A stretch of DNA of 28,410 bases, from contig JALUCS010000110.1 of assembly GCA_027050205.1 (NCBI GenBank), positions 1 to 28,410 on the forward strand, written 5' to 3'. A program made the translations under genes and the position numbers. Below, piece after piece: positions 8,500 to 17,724 of this stretch. Under the pieces are notes generated by a model. The model was given only the letters and a program-made list of their open reading frames with translations, had not been told where the DNA came from and ran no database searches. This DNA comes from a candidate division WOR-3 bacterium. GTDB taxonomy: Bacteria; Hydrothermota; Hydrothermia; LBFQ01. Numbering within the stretch: the stretch's first letter is position 1; each line of letters begins with the position of its first letter.

Positions 8500-10182
8500 A
8501 TGCGTGAGACCGTAAGTCGCGACCTTGAGGAACTCTACAAGGAGTGGAAGGAGCGGGCCAAGGCCAGATCAAAAGACAGGAGAGAGCAGTTCCTGACCAT
8601 CTCCGGTATCCCGATAAAGGACCTGTACACCCCCCTTGACATACCCGGCTTTGACTACGTGGAGAAGCTCGGTTTCCCCGGTGAGTACCCCTACACCCGC
8701 GGGCCGTACTACAACATGTACAGGGGCCGGCCCTGGACCATAAGGCAGTTCGCCGGTTTCGGTAGGGCGAAGGACACGAACGAGCGTTTCAAGTACCTGA
8801 TATCGGTCGGTCAGACCGGTCTCTCAACGGCCTTTGACATGCCCACCCTGATGGGGTACGACTCCGACCACCCCATGGCCGAGGGAGAGGTCGGAAGGGA
8901 GGGGGTGGCCGTTGATACCCTGGCCGACTTTGAGATCCTGTTTGACGGCATAAACCTCGGGGAGGTCTCCGTCTCCTTCACCATAAACGCCCCCGCCATC
9001 TTCATCTACGCCCTCTACCTCGCCGTCGCCGAGAAGCAGGGGGTACCCTGGGAGAAGCTCCGCGGCACCCTCCAGAACGACATGCTCAAGGAGTTCCACG
9101 CCCAGAACGAGTGGATATTCCCACCCGGTCCCTCCGTCAAGCTCGTGACGGACATCGTTGAGTTCTCCACCTACCACACCCCCAAGTTCAACACCATATC
9201 CATATCCGGGTACCACATCCGGGAGGCGGGTTCCACGGCGGCCCAGGAACTGGCCTTCACCCTCGCAGACGGCTTCGCGTACGTTGAGGCCGGAATACGC
9301 CGTGGTTTGGACGTGGACGCCTTCGCTCCCCGCCTATCCTTCTTCTTCAACTCCCACCTTGACTTCTTTGAGGAGATAGCGAAGTTCAGGGCGGCCCGCC
9401 GGATATGGGCGAGGGAGATGAGGTACCGCTACGGTGCCAAGAAGCCCGAAAGCTGGCGTCTCCGCTTCCACACCCAGACGGCCGGATGCTCCCTCACTGC
9501 CCAGCAGCCCCTCGTTAATATCGTCAGGACGGCCTTTGAGGCCCTCGCCGCCGTCCTTGGCGGTACCCAGAGCTTGCATACCAACTCCTACGACGAGGCG
9601 CTGCAGCTTCCCTCCAAGGAGGCCGTGACCATAGCCGTGAGGACGCAGCAGGTCATCCTTCACGAGATAGGGGTGGCCAACACCATAGACCCCCTCGCTG
9701 GTTCCTACTTCGTGGAGTGGCTCACGGACGAGATGGAGAGGCAGGCCTACGAGTACTTTGACAAGATCCTTGACCTCGGAAGCGGCTCCTTCCTTGACGG
9801 GGTGCTTAAAGGTATAGACCTCGGATTCTTCAAGAAGGAGATAGCCGACGCCGCCTATGAGTTCCAGAAGAGGGTTGAGGAGGGGGACTTCATCTGGGTC
9901 GGCGTGAACGCCTATCAGGAGGACGTACCCCTTGAGGTTCCCAAGTTCTACGTGGACCCGAAGATAGAGGAGGAGCAGAGGGCCTTCGTCAAGAGGATAA
10001 GGGAGACGAGGGACAACTACGCCGTTAAGGAGGCCCTGAAGAGGCTGAAGGAGGCCGCCAGGAGGGGCGAGAACCTCGTACCCTACTTCGTGGAGGCCGT
10101 GAAGGTCTACGCCACCGAAGGGGAGCTGATGGACGCCTTAAAGGAGGTGTACGGCACCTACAGGGAGAACCTCATCCTGTAG
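8500..10182 (+). CDS. B12-dependent acyl-CoA mutase large (substrate-binding) subunit, isobutyryl-CoA mutase-like
   Basis: Motifs PGEYPYTRG, WTIRQFAGFG, GTLQNDMLKE, SISGYHIREAG, RFHTQTAG and SLHTNSYDEA, with no DxH B12-binding domain. ATG 8500 is preferred to 8383, which overlaps the divergent gene. Confidence 0.9.
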   Translation: MRETVSRDLEELYKEWKERAKARSKDRREQFLTISGIPIKDLYTPLDIPGFDYVEKLGFPGEYPYTRGPYYNMYRGRPWTIRQFAGFGRAKDTNERFKYLISVGQTGLSTAFDMPTLMGYDSDHPMAEGEVGREGVAVDTLADFEILFDGINLGEVSVSFTINAPAIFIYALYLAVAEKQGVPWEKLRGTLQNDMLKEFHAQNEWIFPPGPSVKLVTDIVEFSTYHTPKFNTISISGYHIREAGSTAAQELAFTLADGFAYVEAGIRRGLDVDAFAPRLSFFFNSHLDFFEEIAKFRAARRIWAREMRYRYGAKKPESWRLRFHTQTAGCSLTAQQPLVNIVRTAFEALAAVLGGTQSLHTNSYDEALQLPSKEAVTIAVRTQQVILHEIGVANTIDPLAGSYFVEWLTDEMERQAYEYFDKILDLGSGSFLDGVLKGIDLGFFKKEIADAAYEFQKRVEEGDFIWVGVNAYQEDVPLEVPKFYVDPKIEEEQRAFVKRIRETRDNYAVKEALKRLKEAARRGENLVPYFVEAVKVYATEGELMDALKEVYGTYRENLIL

Positions 10183-10559
10183 AGCCTCCTCGCCAGCCGC
10201 CTTATGTGGCACTCTATCTCGTCGCGGGCTTTACGGTAGGTCCGTAGGTCGCCGCCGTAGGGGTCGGGGACGTCCCAGACCTCGTGATACTTGCCCGGTA
10301 CGTACGGGCATTTATCGCCAGAGCAGACGGTTATGACGACGTCCCACTCTATAGGGGGCAGTTCCCATATGCCCTTTGACCTCTGCCCGGATATGTCTAT
10401 CCCCACCTCGGCCATGACCTCAATTGCCCTCGGATGGACGAAACCCTCCGGTTTGGAACCGGCCGAGAACACGTTCGTCCCTTTGAGATAACGCCGGGCA
10501 AAACCCTCGGCAATCTGGCTGCGGCAGGAGTTCCCCTTACAGAGGAAGAGGACGTTCAT
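10158..10559 (-). CDS. arsC: Thioredoxin-type arsenate reductase (LMW-PTP fold)
   Basis: P-loop LFLCKGNSCRSQIAE, later Cys pair VCSGDKCP, and WDVPDP. Confidence 0.8.
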   Translation of the reverse strand: MNVLFLCKGNSCRSQIAEGFARRYLKGTNVFSAGSKPEGFVHPRAIEVMAEVGIDISGQRSKGIWELPPIEWDVVITVCSGDKCPYVPGKYHEVWDVPDPYGGDLRTYRKARDEIECHIRRLARRLYRMRFSL

Positions 10560-10743
10560 CGGGCGACGATTCTAAGACCGCCCGAACTGCACCCCGTAGG
10601 GGCGGTGGGATCTTGCCGGAATAGGATGGCGATTAAGGGATGAGACGAGGGGAGAGCCGTTGGTATTCAAAAAGATAGAAGGGGATAGAGGGATTGACAG
10701 GCCCGGTAGCTATGGAGTTGATGGGAATGTGAAGCTCCACCGT

Positions 10744-10931
10744 GGGGGATACCCATAGAATTTTGTAATGGAAAAAGTCCGAGCAACGGGTACTACGAGA
10801 GGGAGGTGAGGTCGTTAGGGGAGAAGGAGAGTGTAAAGGTACCGAGGACGAGGAAGGGAGGGTTTCGTAGTGCGTTGTTGCCGATAGGGGAGGACGAGGT
10901 GGCCCTCGTGTATCTGGAGGGGCTATCATAA
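10744..10931 (+). mobile_element. IS256-family transposase remnant
   Basis: The frame from 10785 reads NGYYEREVRSLGEKESVKVPRTRKGGFRSALLP..EDEVALVYLEGLS*, matching the IS256 NGYY.R..G...VPR.R.G.F...L pattern. It is preceded by IR-like GGGGGATACCCATAGAATTTTGTAA. Confidence 0.65.
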
Positions 10932-10941
10932 GGACTTGTAG

Positions 10942-11147
10942 TATTATCGCGACAGGTACGAGAAGTTCGTTCTCTACGAGAAGTACGGCGTCAGGGAGTA
11001 CTAGATAGTCCTGCCCCGTGAGAAGGTGAGGTATGGTGTTTGAAAGATGGTAGGTACGTCCTCCACACCGTCGCCGCTGGCAACGGAGAGGTTGAGTCTT
11101 GCGTCCTCAAAGGCCTTAAGATAAAGGTTGAGGAAGTTTTGAAGTGA
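10942..11147 (+). pseudogene. Uma2/DUF820 endonuclease C-terminal pseudogene
   Basis: Reads YYRDRYEKFVLYEKYGVREY*IVLPREK, with TAG at 11002 where Trp is expected. A frameshift then leads into EVWCLKDGRYVLH...VESCVLKGLKIKVEEVLK*. Confidence 0.75.
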
Positions 11148-11173
11148 AAGAAACCGTACCTGCGGGTGGCCTC

Positions 11174-12067
11174 CTATAGGCCGAGTTCCAGCTCCCTTAT
11201 GAAACGGAGGTTTTCCCTCCACTTCTTCTTCACCTTCACCCACAGCTCCAGATATACCTTCCTTCCGAGCAGGGCCTCTATCTGCTTCCTCGCCTCTATC
11301 CCCACCCTCTTTATGGCCCTTCCCTTGTGGCCGATTATTATAGCTTTCTGCGAGGGCCTCTCAACGTATATGACGGCGCGGATGTAGATGGGTTTGTTGG
11401 GATCCTCCGGCTCCCTGAACTCCTCCACCTTCACCGCCGTGGAGTACGGCACCTCCTCCCTGTAATGGACGAATATCCTCTCCCGGATGATCTCGGCGAT
11501 TATGAAGCGGAGGGGCTTGTCCGTTATCTCATCGCCCGGATAGAAGGGTAGGCCTTCGGGTAAGTGCCTCTTTATGGCCTCTAAGAGGATATCTAGACCG
11601 TCCCCCTTGAGGGCGCTTATTGGGACTACCTCGGCGAAATCGTACATACTGGCGTACTGTTGGATTATGGGGAGTAGGACGTTCTTGTGTATGGTGTCTA
11701 TCTTATTTATTACGAGAATTACCGGCTTTTTATCCGGAGACTTCTTAAACTCCTCTATTAGTGCCTCCTCTATATCTCCGGGGGGTTTTGGTTCCACCAC
11801 CATAAGGACGACATCCGCCTCGGCCATGGCGGTCTTGGCTTCCTTGAGCATGTAGTCGTGGAGGGCGTACTTGCTCTTCTGAAGTATCCCAGGGGTATCC
11901 ACCAGAATCACCTGGGCGTCCTCGTCGGTTATTATGCCTATGATCTTAAACCGGCTCGTCTGGGGTTTGGGGCTGACGGCCGAGACCTTGAACTTCAAAA
12001 GGGCGTTTACGAGGGTGGATTTCCCCACGTTCGGCCGCCCTATAACGGCTACAAATCCTACCTTCAC
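11174..12067 (-). CDS. era: GTPase Era
   Basis: Motifs GRPNVGKST, DTPG, NKID, ISAL, REEVPYS and KH-domain IIIGHKG...LELWVKV. Confidence 0.97.
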   Translation of the reverse strand: MKVGFVAVIGRPNVGKSTLVNALLKFKVSAVSPKPQTSRFKIIGIITDEDAQVILVDTPGILQKSKYALHDYMLKEAKTAMAEADVVLMVVEPKPPGDIEEALIEEFKKSPDKKPVILVINKIDTIHKNVLLPIIQQYASMYDFAEVVPISALKGDGLDILLEAIKRHLPEGLPFYPGDEITDKPLRFIIAEIIRERIFVHYREEVPYSTAVKVEEFREPEDPNKPIYIRAVIYVERPSQKAIIIGHKGRAIKRVGIEARKQIEALLGRKVYLELWVKVKKKWRENLRFIRELELGL

Positions 12068-12110
12068 GTTAATGATTCTACGGCGGATGAAGGTCGTTGG
12101 ATTACAGACG

Positions 12111-12340
12111 GGGGGATACCCAAGGTAGAAGAAGAGGAAGGAAAAGGAAGATGAGCAAGGAAGAGGGAAGGATGAGGGAGATGGCGTACGAGATAGTGGA
12201 GGGGGTAGGGTTTGAGAAGGCGATAAGGGCAGAGAGGGAGAGGTACAGGGAGGAGCATCCGGAGCATTTCCAAGGTATTACACCGATAGGGGGACGTTCT
12301 AACCATCCTCTACCCCCGTTACAAGATTTTGAACAGCCCC
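12111..12340 (+). mobile_element. Internally deleted IS256-like element
   Basis: Starts with GGGGGATACCCA (identical to 10744-10755) and encodes an IS256-like N-terminal helix (EKAIRAERERYREEHPE, from ATG 12151). It ends in TTACAAGATTTTGAACAGCCCC, an imperfect inverted match to the left-end motif. Confidence 0.5.
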
Positions 12341-12420
12341 TTCCGGAACCCGGTTTCAAATGGAAATCGCCAAATTCCTATTGAGAACCGGATGTGGTCC
12401 TACGGTGGGATACGTAGTCA

Positions 12421-12616
12421 CTCCATCAGCAGAAATCCCTAGAATCTTAAAGGCGACCTTTCAGCTTACGAAAATGATCCTTTATGTTCCTTGAATAGGG
12501 ATTAGCGGTTTCTTAAAGGGTAAGTTTCATATTTTGAAAATGGGTTCATCTTTCGTCAAAGGCCGGACGGGAGAAACGCCCATCGGGGGATGTATCACCT
12601 CATCCGCCGAATACCC
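12421..12616 (+). repeat. Dispersed intergenic repeat, copy 1 (most diverged)
   Basis: CTTTCAGCTTACGAAAATG...AATAGGGATTAGCGGTTTCTTAAAGGGTAAGTTTCATATTTTGAAA aligns colinearly with copies 2 and 3. Confidence 0.85.
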
Positions 12617-12749
12617 TTTCCAATTCTTAAGTTGTGTGTTTCAAATCGGATTGAACCTATGGGGGTGAATTTGTGAAAGTACGGGGTTCATTTAGGCTAT
12701 CCCTCCATCGGTGTAATCCCTCCGCCGATAACCGCCTTAGAATACGTTT

Positions 12750-13235
12750 ATGTTGAAGGTCGGCGATGTCGCTCCGGACTTCGTCCTCAAAGACGCCGAT
12801 GGCAACGACGTCAAACTCTCCGACTTCCGAGGTAAGTGGGTCGTCCTCTACTTCTACCCGAAGGACAACACCCCCGGCTGCACCAAAGAGGCCGTAGGTT
12901 TCACCGAGTTAGCCGGGGAGTTTGAGAGACTTGGGGCTGTGGTGATAGGGGTCAGTCCGGACCCTCCCGACAGGCACGCCCGCTTCATACGGAAGCACAA
13001 CCTCCGCGTTAGGCTCCTAAGCGATACGGAGAAGGAAGTCCTGAAGGCGTACGGGGCCTGGGGAAAGAAAAAACGGTTCGGCAGGGAGTACGAGGGGGTG
13101 ATAAGGAGTACGTACCTGATAGACCCGGAGGGGAAGGTGGCCTATGTATGGCCCAAGGTAAAGGTGGAGGGCCACGCCCAGGAGGTCTTGGAGACCCTGA
13201 AGAGGCTCAAGGAGGAGAGGGCTAAGGGGCCTTGA
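12750..13235 (+). CDS. bcp: Peroxiredoxin Q / BCP
   Basis: Motifs [17 protein letters not shown] and IRSTYLID. Confidence 0.95.
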   Translation: MLKVGDVAPDFVLKDADGNDVKLSDFRGKWVVLYFYPKDNTPGCTKEAVGFTELAGEFERLGAVVIGVSPDPPDRHARFIRKHNLRVRLLSDTEKEVLKAYGAWGKKKRFGREYEGVIRSTYLIDPEGKVAYVWPKVKVEGHAQEVLETLKRLKEERAKGP

Positions 13236-14007
13236 GGATGACGCCGCGGCGGGTGGTCTTGAAGAAGGATACGAGGTGGGCGATGTGGGGATCCTCCGGA
13301 TAGCGTTCACTTAAGATTTGGAGGGCCTCCTCCAAGGGTAGGGAGGACCTGTAGATGGTCCTGTAAGCCTCCTTGAGGACTGCTATTTCCTCCCGTGAGA
13401 AACCAGCCCGCCGTAGGCCAACGAGGTTGAGACCCACCACCTTGGGGTCGTACCCTACGGTCATAAAGTAGGGAGGGGCGTCCCTGTTGAGGCGGGTCAT
13501 ACCGCCCACCATAGCCAGTTCCCCCACCCGCGCCCACTGGTGTATCCCGAGAACGCCGGAGACGAAGGCCCTCCTCTCCACTACGACATAGCCGGCCAGT
13601 TGGGCGGAGTTGGCCACTATCACGCCGTCCCCCACCTCGCAGTTGTGGGCGATATGGACGTAGGCCATCAGGTACGTCCCGTTCCCCACGACCGTCCTCT
13701 TTCCCTCCCCAGAGGCCCGGTGGATGGTGACGAACTCCCTTATGACGTTTCCATCCCCTATTACGACTTCCGTCTCCTCCCCCCTGTAGGACAGGTCTTG
13801 GGGAGGTTGCCCGATGGAAACGGAGTGGTGGATGCGGTTGTTCTTTCCTATACGCACCCTCCCCACTATGTGGGTGTATGCCCCTACCTTCGTACCTTCG
13901 CCAATGACGACGTCCCCGGAGACGAAGGCGTACGGCCCTATCTCAACGCCATCACCGAGGACCACCTTACCCTCAAGTATGGCTGTGGGATGGACCTTGA
14001 CACTCAC
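13222..14007 (-). CDS. lpxA: Acyl-ACP--UDP-N-acetylglucosamine O-acyltransferase
   Basis: Hexapeptide repeats plus [27 protein letters not shown] and GLNLVGLRR. Confidence 0.95.
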   Translation of the reverse strand: MSVKVHPTAILEGKVVLGDGVEIGPYAFVSGDVVIGEGTKVGAYTHIVGRVRIGKNNRIHHSVSIGQPPQDLSYRGEETEVVIGDGNVIREFVTIHRASGEGKRTVVGNGTYLMAYVHIAHNCEVGDGVIVANSAQLAGYVVVERRAFVSGVLGIHQWARVGELAMVGGMTRLNRDAPPYFMTVGYDPKVVGLNLVGLRRAGFSREEIAVLKEAYRTIYRSSLPLEEALQILSERYPEDPHIAHLVSFFKTTRRGVILKAP

Positions 14008-15047
14008 AGGTACCTCTCTGCTATGGTCTCGTAGGGGAAGGTGAAGGCCCGGAACACCCTCAACTTGGCCTCCATATGGGCGAAGGTGCGGATCAGGTTC
14101 GCGTACAGGACGGGGTCCTCCTCCTTTATACGGCCGATGGGCTTCCCGTCCACCTCCTGATCCATCAGGGTGTTGTAGAAGCGGGCGAGTTCCACGTAGT
14201 TGACCGGGTCCGGAACCCCTTCGGGCTTAAAGAAGGGCTTAGGCTCGTAATCCTCGCCCACGTACTCCTTCGGTGGATAGTACAGGTAGGTGTCCCTCAT
14301 AGACGGGTGGATGTACTCCTTTAGGAACTCGTAGGTCGCCTTTATCCTGCTCCAAGAGGGGGCGAAGACCTGAACGAACAGCATACGCTTTATGGGCAGA
14401 AGGTCCAGAACGGCGAGGTAGGGGAAGGGACGGTAGCGGGGGGAGGGGAGGAGGCGGGGGAGGTTCCTGTGATCCGTCTTACTGATGAGAAGCCCGTAGC
14501 TCTTGATCACCCCAAGTTCCCTGTCCTTATCCAACAGGTCTATCTCCTCGGCGTACCTATCCACGAGGGTGTCTAAGTTCTTGAAGGCCACGAGGGGAAT
14601 GTAGAGCTTGAAGGGTTCGCTCCGGTACCCCTCTATGAGGACGTTGGGTCGCTTCAGCTCCTCAAGGAGTTTCTCGTACCGCTCCGGGTCGCTCACCCCC
14701 TCAACGGCCATCCGCTCGTCCAAGCTGCGGGCCGCGTAAGGATGGAGGAGGGCGAACTTCTTCCTGTCAAACTCAAAGATATAAACCAGCCGCCTCTCGT
14801 ACGGCACCACGTCTATGAAGGTGTAGTACCTGTTCCCCTCGCTGTCTATAACGCTCAAGTCCTTGCTGTCGTGGATGTCTATGAGCCGATACTCCCCCTC
14901 CATAAGCGCCCAGTACACGCGGGCGTGGAAGGAAGGGTACTTCCGGGGGTCAATGTTCTCAAGGACCTTCAGGTTGGTGCTGTACCCTTGGATGCCGAGG
15001 TCCAAAAGGGCGGAAAATACCTTCCGCACGAACTCAACCTTGTCCAT
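14004..15047 (-). CDS. Hypothetical protein (347 aa), translationally coupled to lpxA
   Basis: Long ORF with host-like codon usage. TAGAAT lies 8 nt upstream of the ATG, and the stop overlaps the lpxA start (GTGA). No family recognised. Confidence 0.8.
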   Translation of the reverse strand: MDKVEFVRKVFSALLDLGIQGYSTNLKVLENIDPRKYPSFHARVYWALMEGEYRLIDIHDSKDLSVIDSEGNRYYTFIDVVPYERRLVYIFEFDRKKFALLHPYAARSLDERMAVEGVSDPERYEKLLEELKRPNVLIEGYRSEPFKLYIPLVAFKNLDTLVDRYAEEIDLLDKDRELGVIKSYGLLISKTDHRNLPRLLPSPRYRPFPYLAVLDLLPIKRMLFVQVFAPSWSRIKATYEFLKEYIHPSMRDTYLYYPPKEYVGEDYEPKPFFKPEGVPDPVNYVELARFYNTLMDQEVDGKPIGRIKEEDPVLYANLIRTFAHMEAKLRVFRAFTFPYETIAERYL

Positions 15048-15120
15048 CGCCGCCTATTCTACGGGGGTCGGACCCCCCAAACGGGGCGGGTGATGGGTCT
15101 TCGGATTTAGAATTGCCCCT

Positions 15121-16284
15121 ATGGGGAGCGAAGACAAGTTGAGATGGAAGCCTAAGCTCCGACCCCTGCAGAGCCACGTCTACGAGGGACACCTCATCCT
15201 AACCGACCCTTTCGGCATAACCCCCCACCCGGTCTCCCTATCGCCGGCGGCTGCCGTCGCCGCCAGCCTTATGGATGGCCGCCGTACCATAATAGACATA
15301 GCAGCAGAGTACGTGAGCATAACGGGACACCTCATCACTACGGCGGAACTTCTGGCCTTGGTGGAGAAGTTGGACCGGTGGTACCTACTGGACAACGAGA
15401 GGTTCAGGGAGGCCTACACCCGTCTGGGAAGGGAGTTCTTGGAGAAGGGCGTACGCCCCTACGTAATGGCCGGACAGTCCTACCCGGCGGACCCCGTATC
15501 CCTCAAGTCTATGGTGGCAACAGCCCGGAGGAGGGACCGGAGTGACCCACCCCTCGCCGCCCGCGGTGCCGTCATACCCCACATAGACCCCAGGAGGGGA
15601 TGGGAGGTGTACCTGAAGGGCCTTAGGGTGGTGGGTGACAACCCTTCCCCCCTCTACGTAATAATCGGGGTGGCCCACTCCCCCATAAGCCACCCCGTCC
15701 AACTCCTCCCTATGGACCTGGATACCCCCCTCGGTAGGCTCAAGGTCGCCCGAGATGTGGTGGATAGGGTGATAGGATCTACGGGGTTCAACCTGATCTC
15801 CGACCCCCTCGCCTTCGCCAACGAGCATTCCGTAGAGTTCCCCGCCGTCTTCATAAAGGCCCTGTTCCCCGATAGGGAGTTGGAGGTCGTGCCGATGATA
15901 GTTTCAGACCTCGGAGGAAACGCCGAGGCCATAGACGAGGTGGTCTCCCGACTCCTTGAAGCGTTGGGGGACAGGCCCTTCTTCCCGGTAGCTGCTGTGG
16001 ATCTGTCCCATTCGGGACCGAGGTTCGGGGACGAGCATTTTGACGAGGAGAAAGTCCGGTACCACGACAACGAGTTCATCGCCGCCTTCTCAACGGGGGT
16101 CCCGGAATCCCTCCTCGCCCTCTACGAGGACCTCGGAAACCCCACCAACATAGACGCCTTCGGGGCCACCTACGCCCTGATGAGGGTGGTTGAGGGGGAG
16201 AGGGGGGAGAAGCTCGGCTACGCTATCTCGTACGAGGAGGACACCGGTTCGGCCGTGAGTTTTATGGCGGGTAGGCTCCTGTGA
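15121..16284 (+). CDS. amrB: MEMO1-family / AmmeMemoRadiSam protein B with N-terminal extension
   Basis: Motifs AGQSYP, VIPHID, IIGVAH, TPLG, EHSVE and DLSHSGPRFGD. Confidence 0.85.
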   Translation: MGSEDKLRWKPKLRPLQSHVYEGHLILTDPFGITPHPVSLSPAAAVAASLMDGRRTIIDIAAEYVSITGHLITTAELLALVEKLDRWYLLDNERFREAYTRLGREFLEKGVRPYVMAGQSYPADPVSLKSMVATARRRDRSDPPLAARGAVIPHIDPRRGWEVYLKGLRVVGDNPSPLYVIIGVAHSPISHPVQLLPMDLDTPLGRLKVARDVVDRVIGSTGFNLISDPLAFANEHSVEFPAVFIKALFPDRELEVVPMIVSDLGGNAEAIDEVVSRLLEALGDRPFFPVAAVDLSHSGPRFGDEHFDEEKVRYHDNEFIAAFSTGVPESLLALYEDLGNPTNIDAFGATYALMRVVEGERGEKLGYAISYEEDTGSAVSFMAGRLL

Positions 16285-16288
16285 TGGC

Positions 16289-17578
16289 CTATTTGAGCCT
16301 AAGGGAGGGGGAGAACTCCAACGGTGGCTCTACACCGTTGTCAAGGTCGTAGTACTCCTCCGGGAGGGAGGAGAAGTCCCGCAGGAACCTCTCCCTCGCC
16401 GCTTCAAGGGAGTCCTCCGTATATACGTACTCGCCGCCCCTCACCACCTGAACGAGGAGAGGCTCACCGTCGTACCTCTCGTTCCTGTGGGCGACTACGT
16501 CCTTTAGGAGTTTCCCTTGGCCGTCGTAGTACCTGTAGACCCTCTTTGAGCCGCCTATTACGACCTTCCCCTTGGAGAGCTTGTGCTTGAAACCGGTCTC
16601 GTCCTCCACCAGTTTGTATATGGCACCGAGGACAGGTTTGTCGGGCGGTATGGCCACCTCCGAGCCTACGCCGAAGGCGTCCGCCTCTCCCCTCTCCACT
16701 ATCTCCCTTATCTTCCACTCGTTGAGGTCGCCAGAGAGGACGATGATGACGTCCTCTAAACCCGCCTCCTTGAGCCTCCGCCTCGCGTACCTGGAAAGCT
16801 CCACGAGATCCCCGGAGTCTATCCTTATCCCCTTCAGCTTCAGCCTGTCCTTCAGGTGGTTTATGACCTCTATGGCCACCTCTATACCGGCGAGGGTGTC
16901 GTAGGTATCCACGAGGAAGATGGCGGATTCGGGGTAGGCCTTGGCAAACTCAAGGAAGGCCTCAAACTCCGTCCTGTAGGACTGGACGAAGGCGTGGGCC
17001 ATGGTGCCGTAGACGGGGATCCCGTACAGTCTCCCCGCCTCAAGGTTGGAGGTACCCGCCCAACCGACTACGTAGGTCGCCCTCGCTATCCTCACCGCCG
17101 CTTCGGAATCGGCAGCCCTCCTCGCCCCGAACTCAAGGAGCATCCTACCGCGGGCGGCGTGGTATATGCGGGCGGCCTTAGAGGCCGAGTTCATCTGGTA
17201 GGCCACCCTGTTCAGGAGCATCGTCTCCACTATCTGCCCCTTTATCCGGCTCGTCTCCACCACCATCACCGGCTCCCTCGCGAAGAGTATCCGTCCGTCC
17301 GGCACCACGTAGATGTCCCCGTCAAAGCGGAAGTTCCTTAGGTACTCAAGGAAGTCCTCGGAGAACTTACCGAGGGATCGGAGGTAGTCTATCTCCTCGT
17401 CTGTGAAGGTCAGGTTGGCGAGTTCCCTCGCCGCCTCCAAGGTCCCCATCGCCACCAAGAAGTTGCGGTACCTGTTGGGTCGTACGCTCATCTCAAAGGC
17501 GCTCCATCCGTCTGCCCCGCTCCTTAGGTAGGCGTCGCCCATCGTTAGCTCGTAGAGGTCGGTTAGGAGGGCTTTCAT
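16289..17578 (-). CDS. pncB: Nicotinate phosphoribosyltransferase
   Basis: Motifs LLTDLYELTM, EFGARRA, GTMAHAFV, LVDTYDT, IRIDSGDL and YKLVE. ATG 17578 lies 7 nt from TAAAAT. Confidence 0.95.
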   Translation of the reverse strand: MKALLTDLYELTMGDAYLRSGADGWSAFEMSVRPNRYRNFLVAMGTLEAARELANLTFTDEEIDYLRSLGKFSEDFLEYLRNFRFDGDIYVVPDGRILFAREPVMVVETSRIKGQIVETMLLNRVAYQMNSASKAARIYHAARGRMLLEFGARRAADSEAAVRIARATYVVGWAGTSNLEAGRLYGIPVYGTMAHAFVQSYRTEFEAFLEFAKAYPESAIFLVDTYDTLAGIEVAIEVINHLKDRLKLKGIRIDSGDLVELSRYARRRLKEAGLEDVIIVLSGDLNEWKIREIVERGEADAFGVGSEVAIPPDKPVLGAIYKLVEDETGFKHKLSKGKVVIGGSKRVYRYYDGQGKLLKDVVAHRNERYDGEPLLVQVVRGGEYVYTEDSLEAARERFLRDFSSLPEEYYDLDNGVEPPLEFSPSLRLK

Positions 17579-17724
17579 ACGCAATATTTTACGGTTGAGG
17601 GGATAAACGCCACGGGGGAAACGGCGTACGGCGTTGGTACAGGGGCGAGATTGAAATGGGACTTCCAGTTTATTGAAAGACGGGTAGCGATTTTCTGAAG
17701 TATGACCTTCGGTTTTTGAAAGGG

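Noticed and set aside
10158..10559. Arsenic resistance operon
   Set aside because: arsC stands alone, with no arsR, acr3/arsB or arsA nearby.
10633..10929. 98-aa minus-strand ORF (also 12064-12306 and 12102-12359)
   Set aside because: Pro/Ser/Leu-rich antisense readings of purine-rich IS256 remnants.
10744..12340. Active composite transposon carrying era
   Set aside because: There is no intact transposase and no convincing target-site duplication, and era has host-like codon usage and its own promoter.
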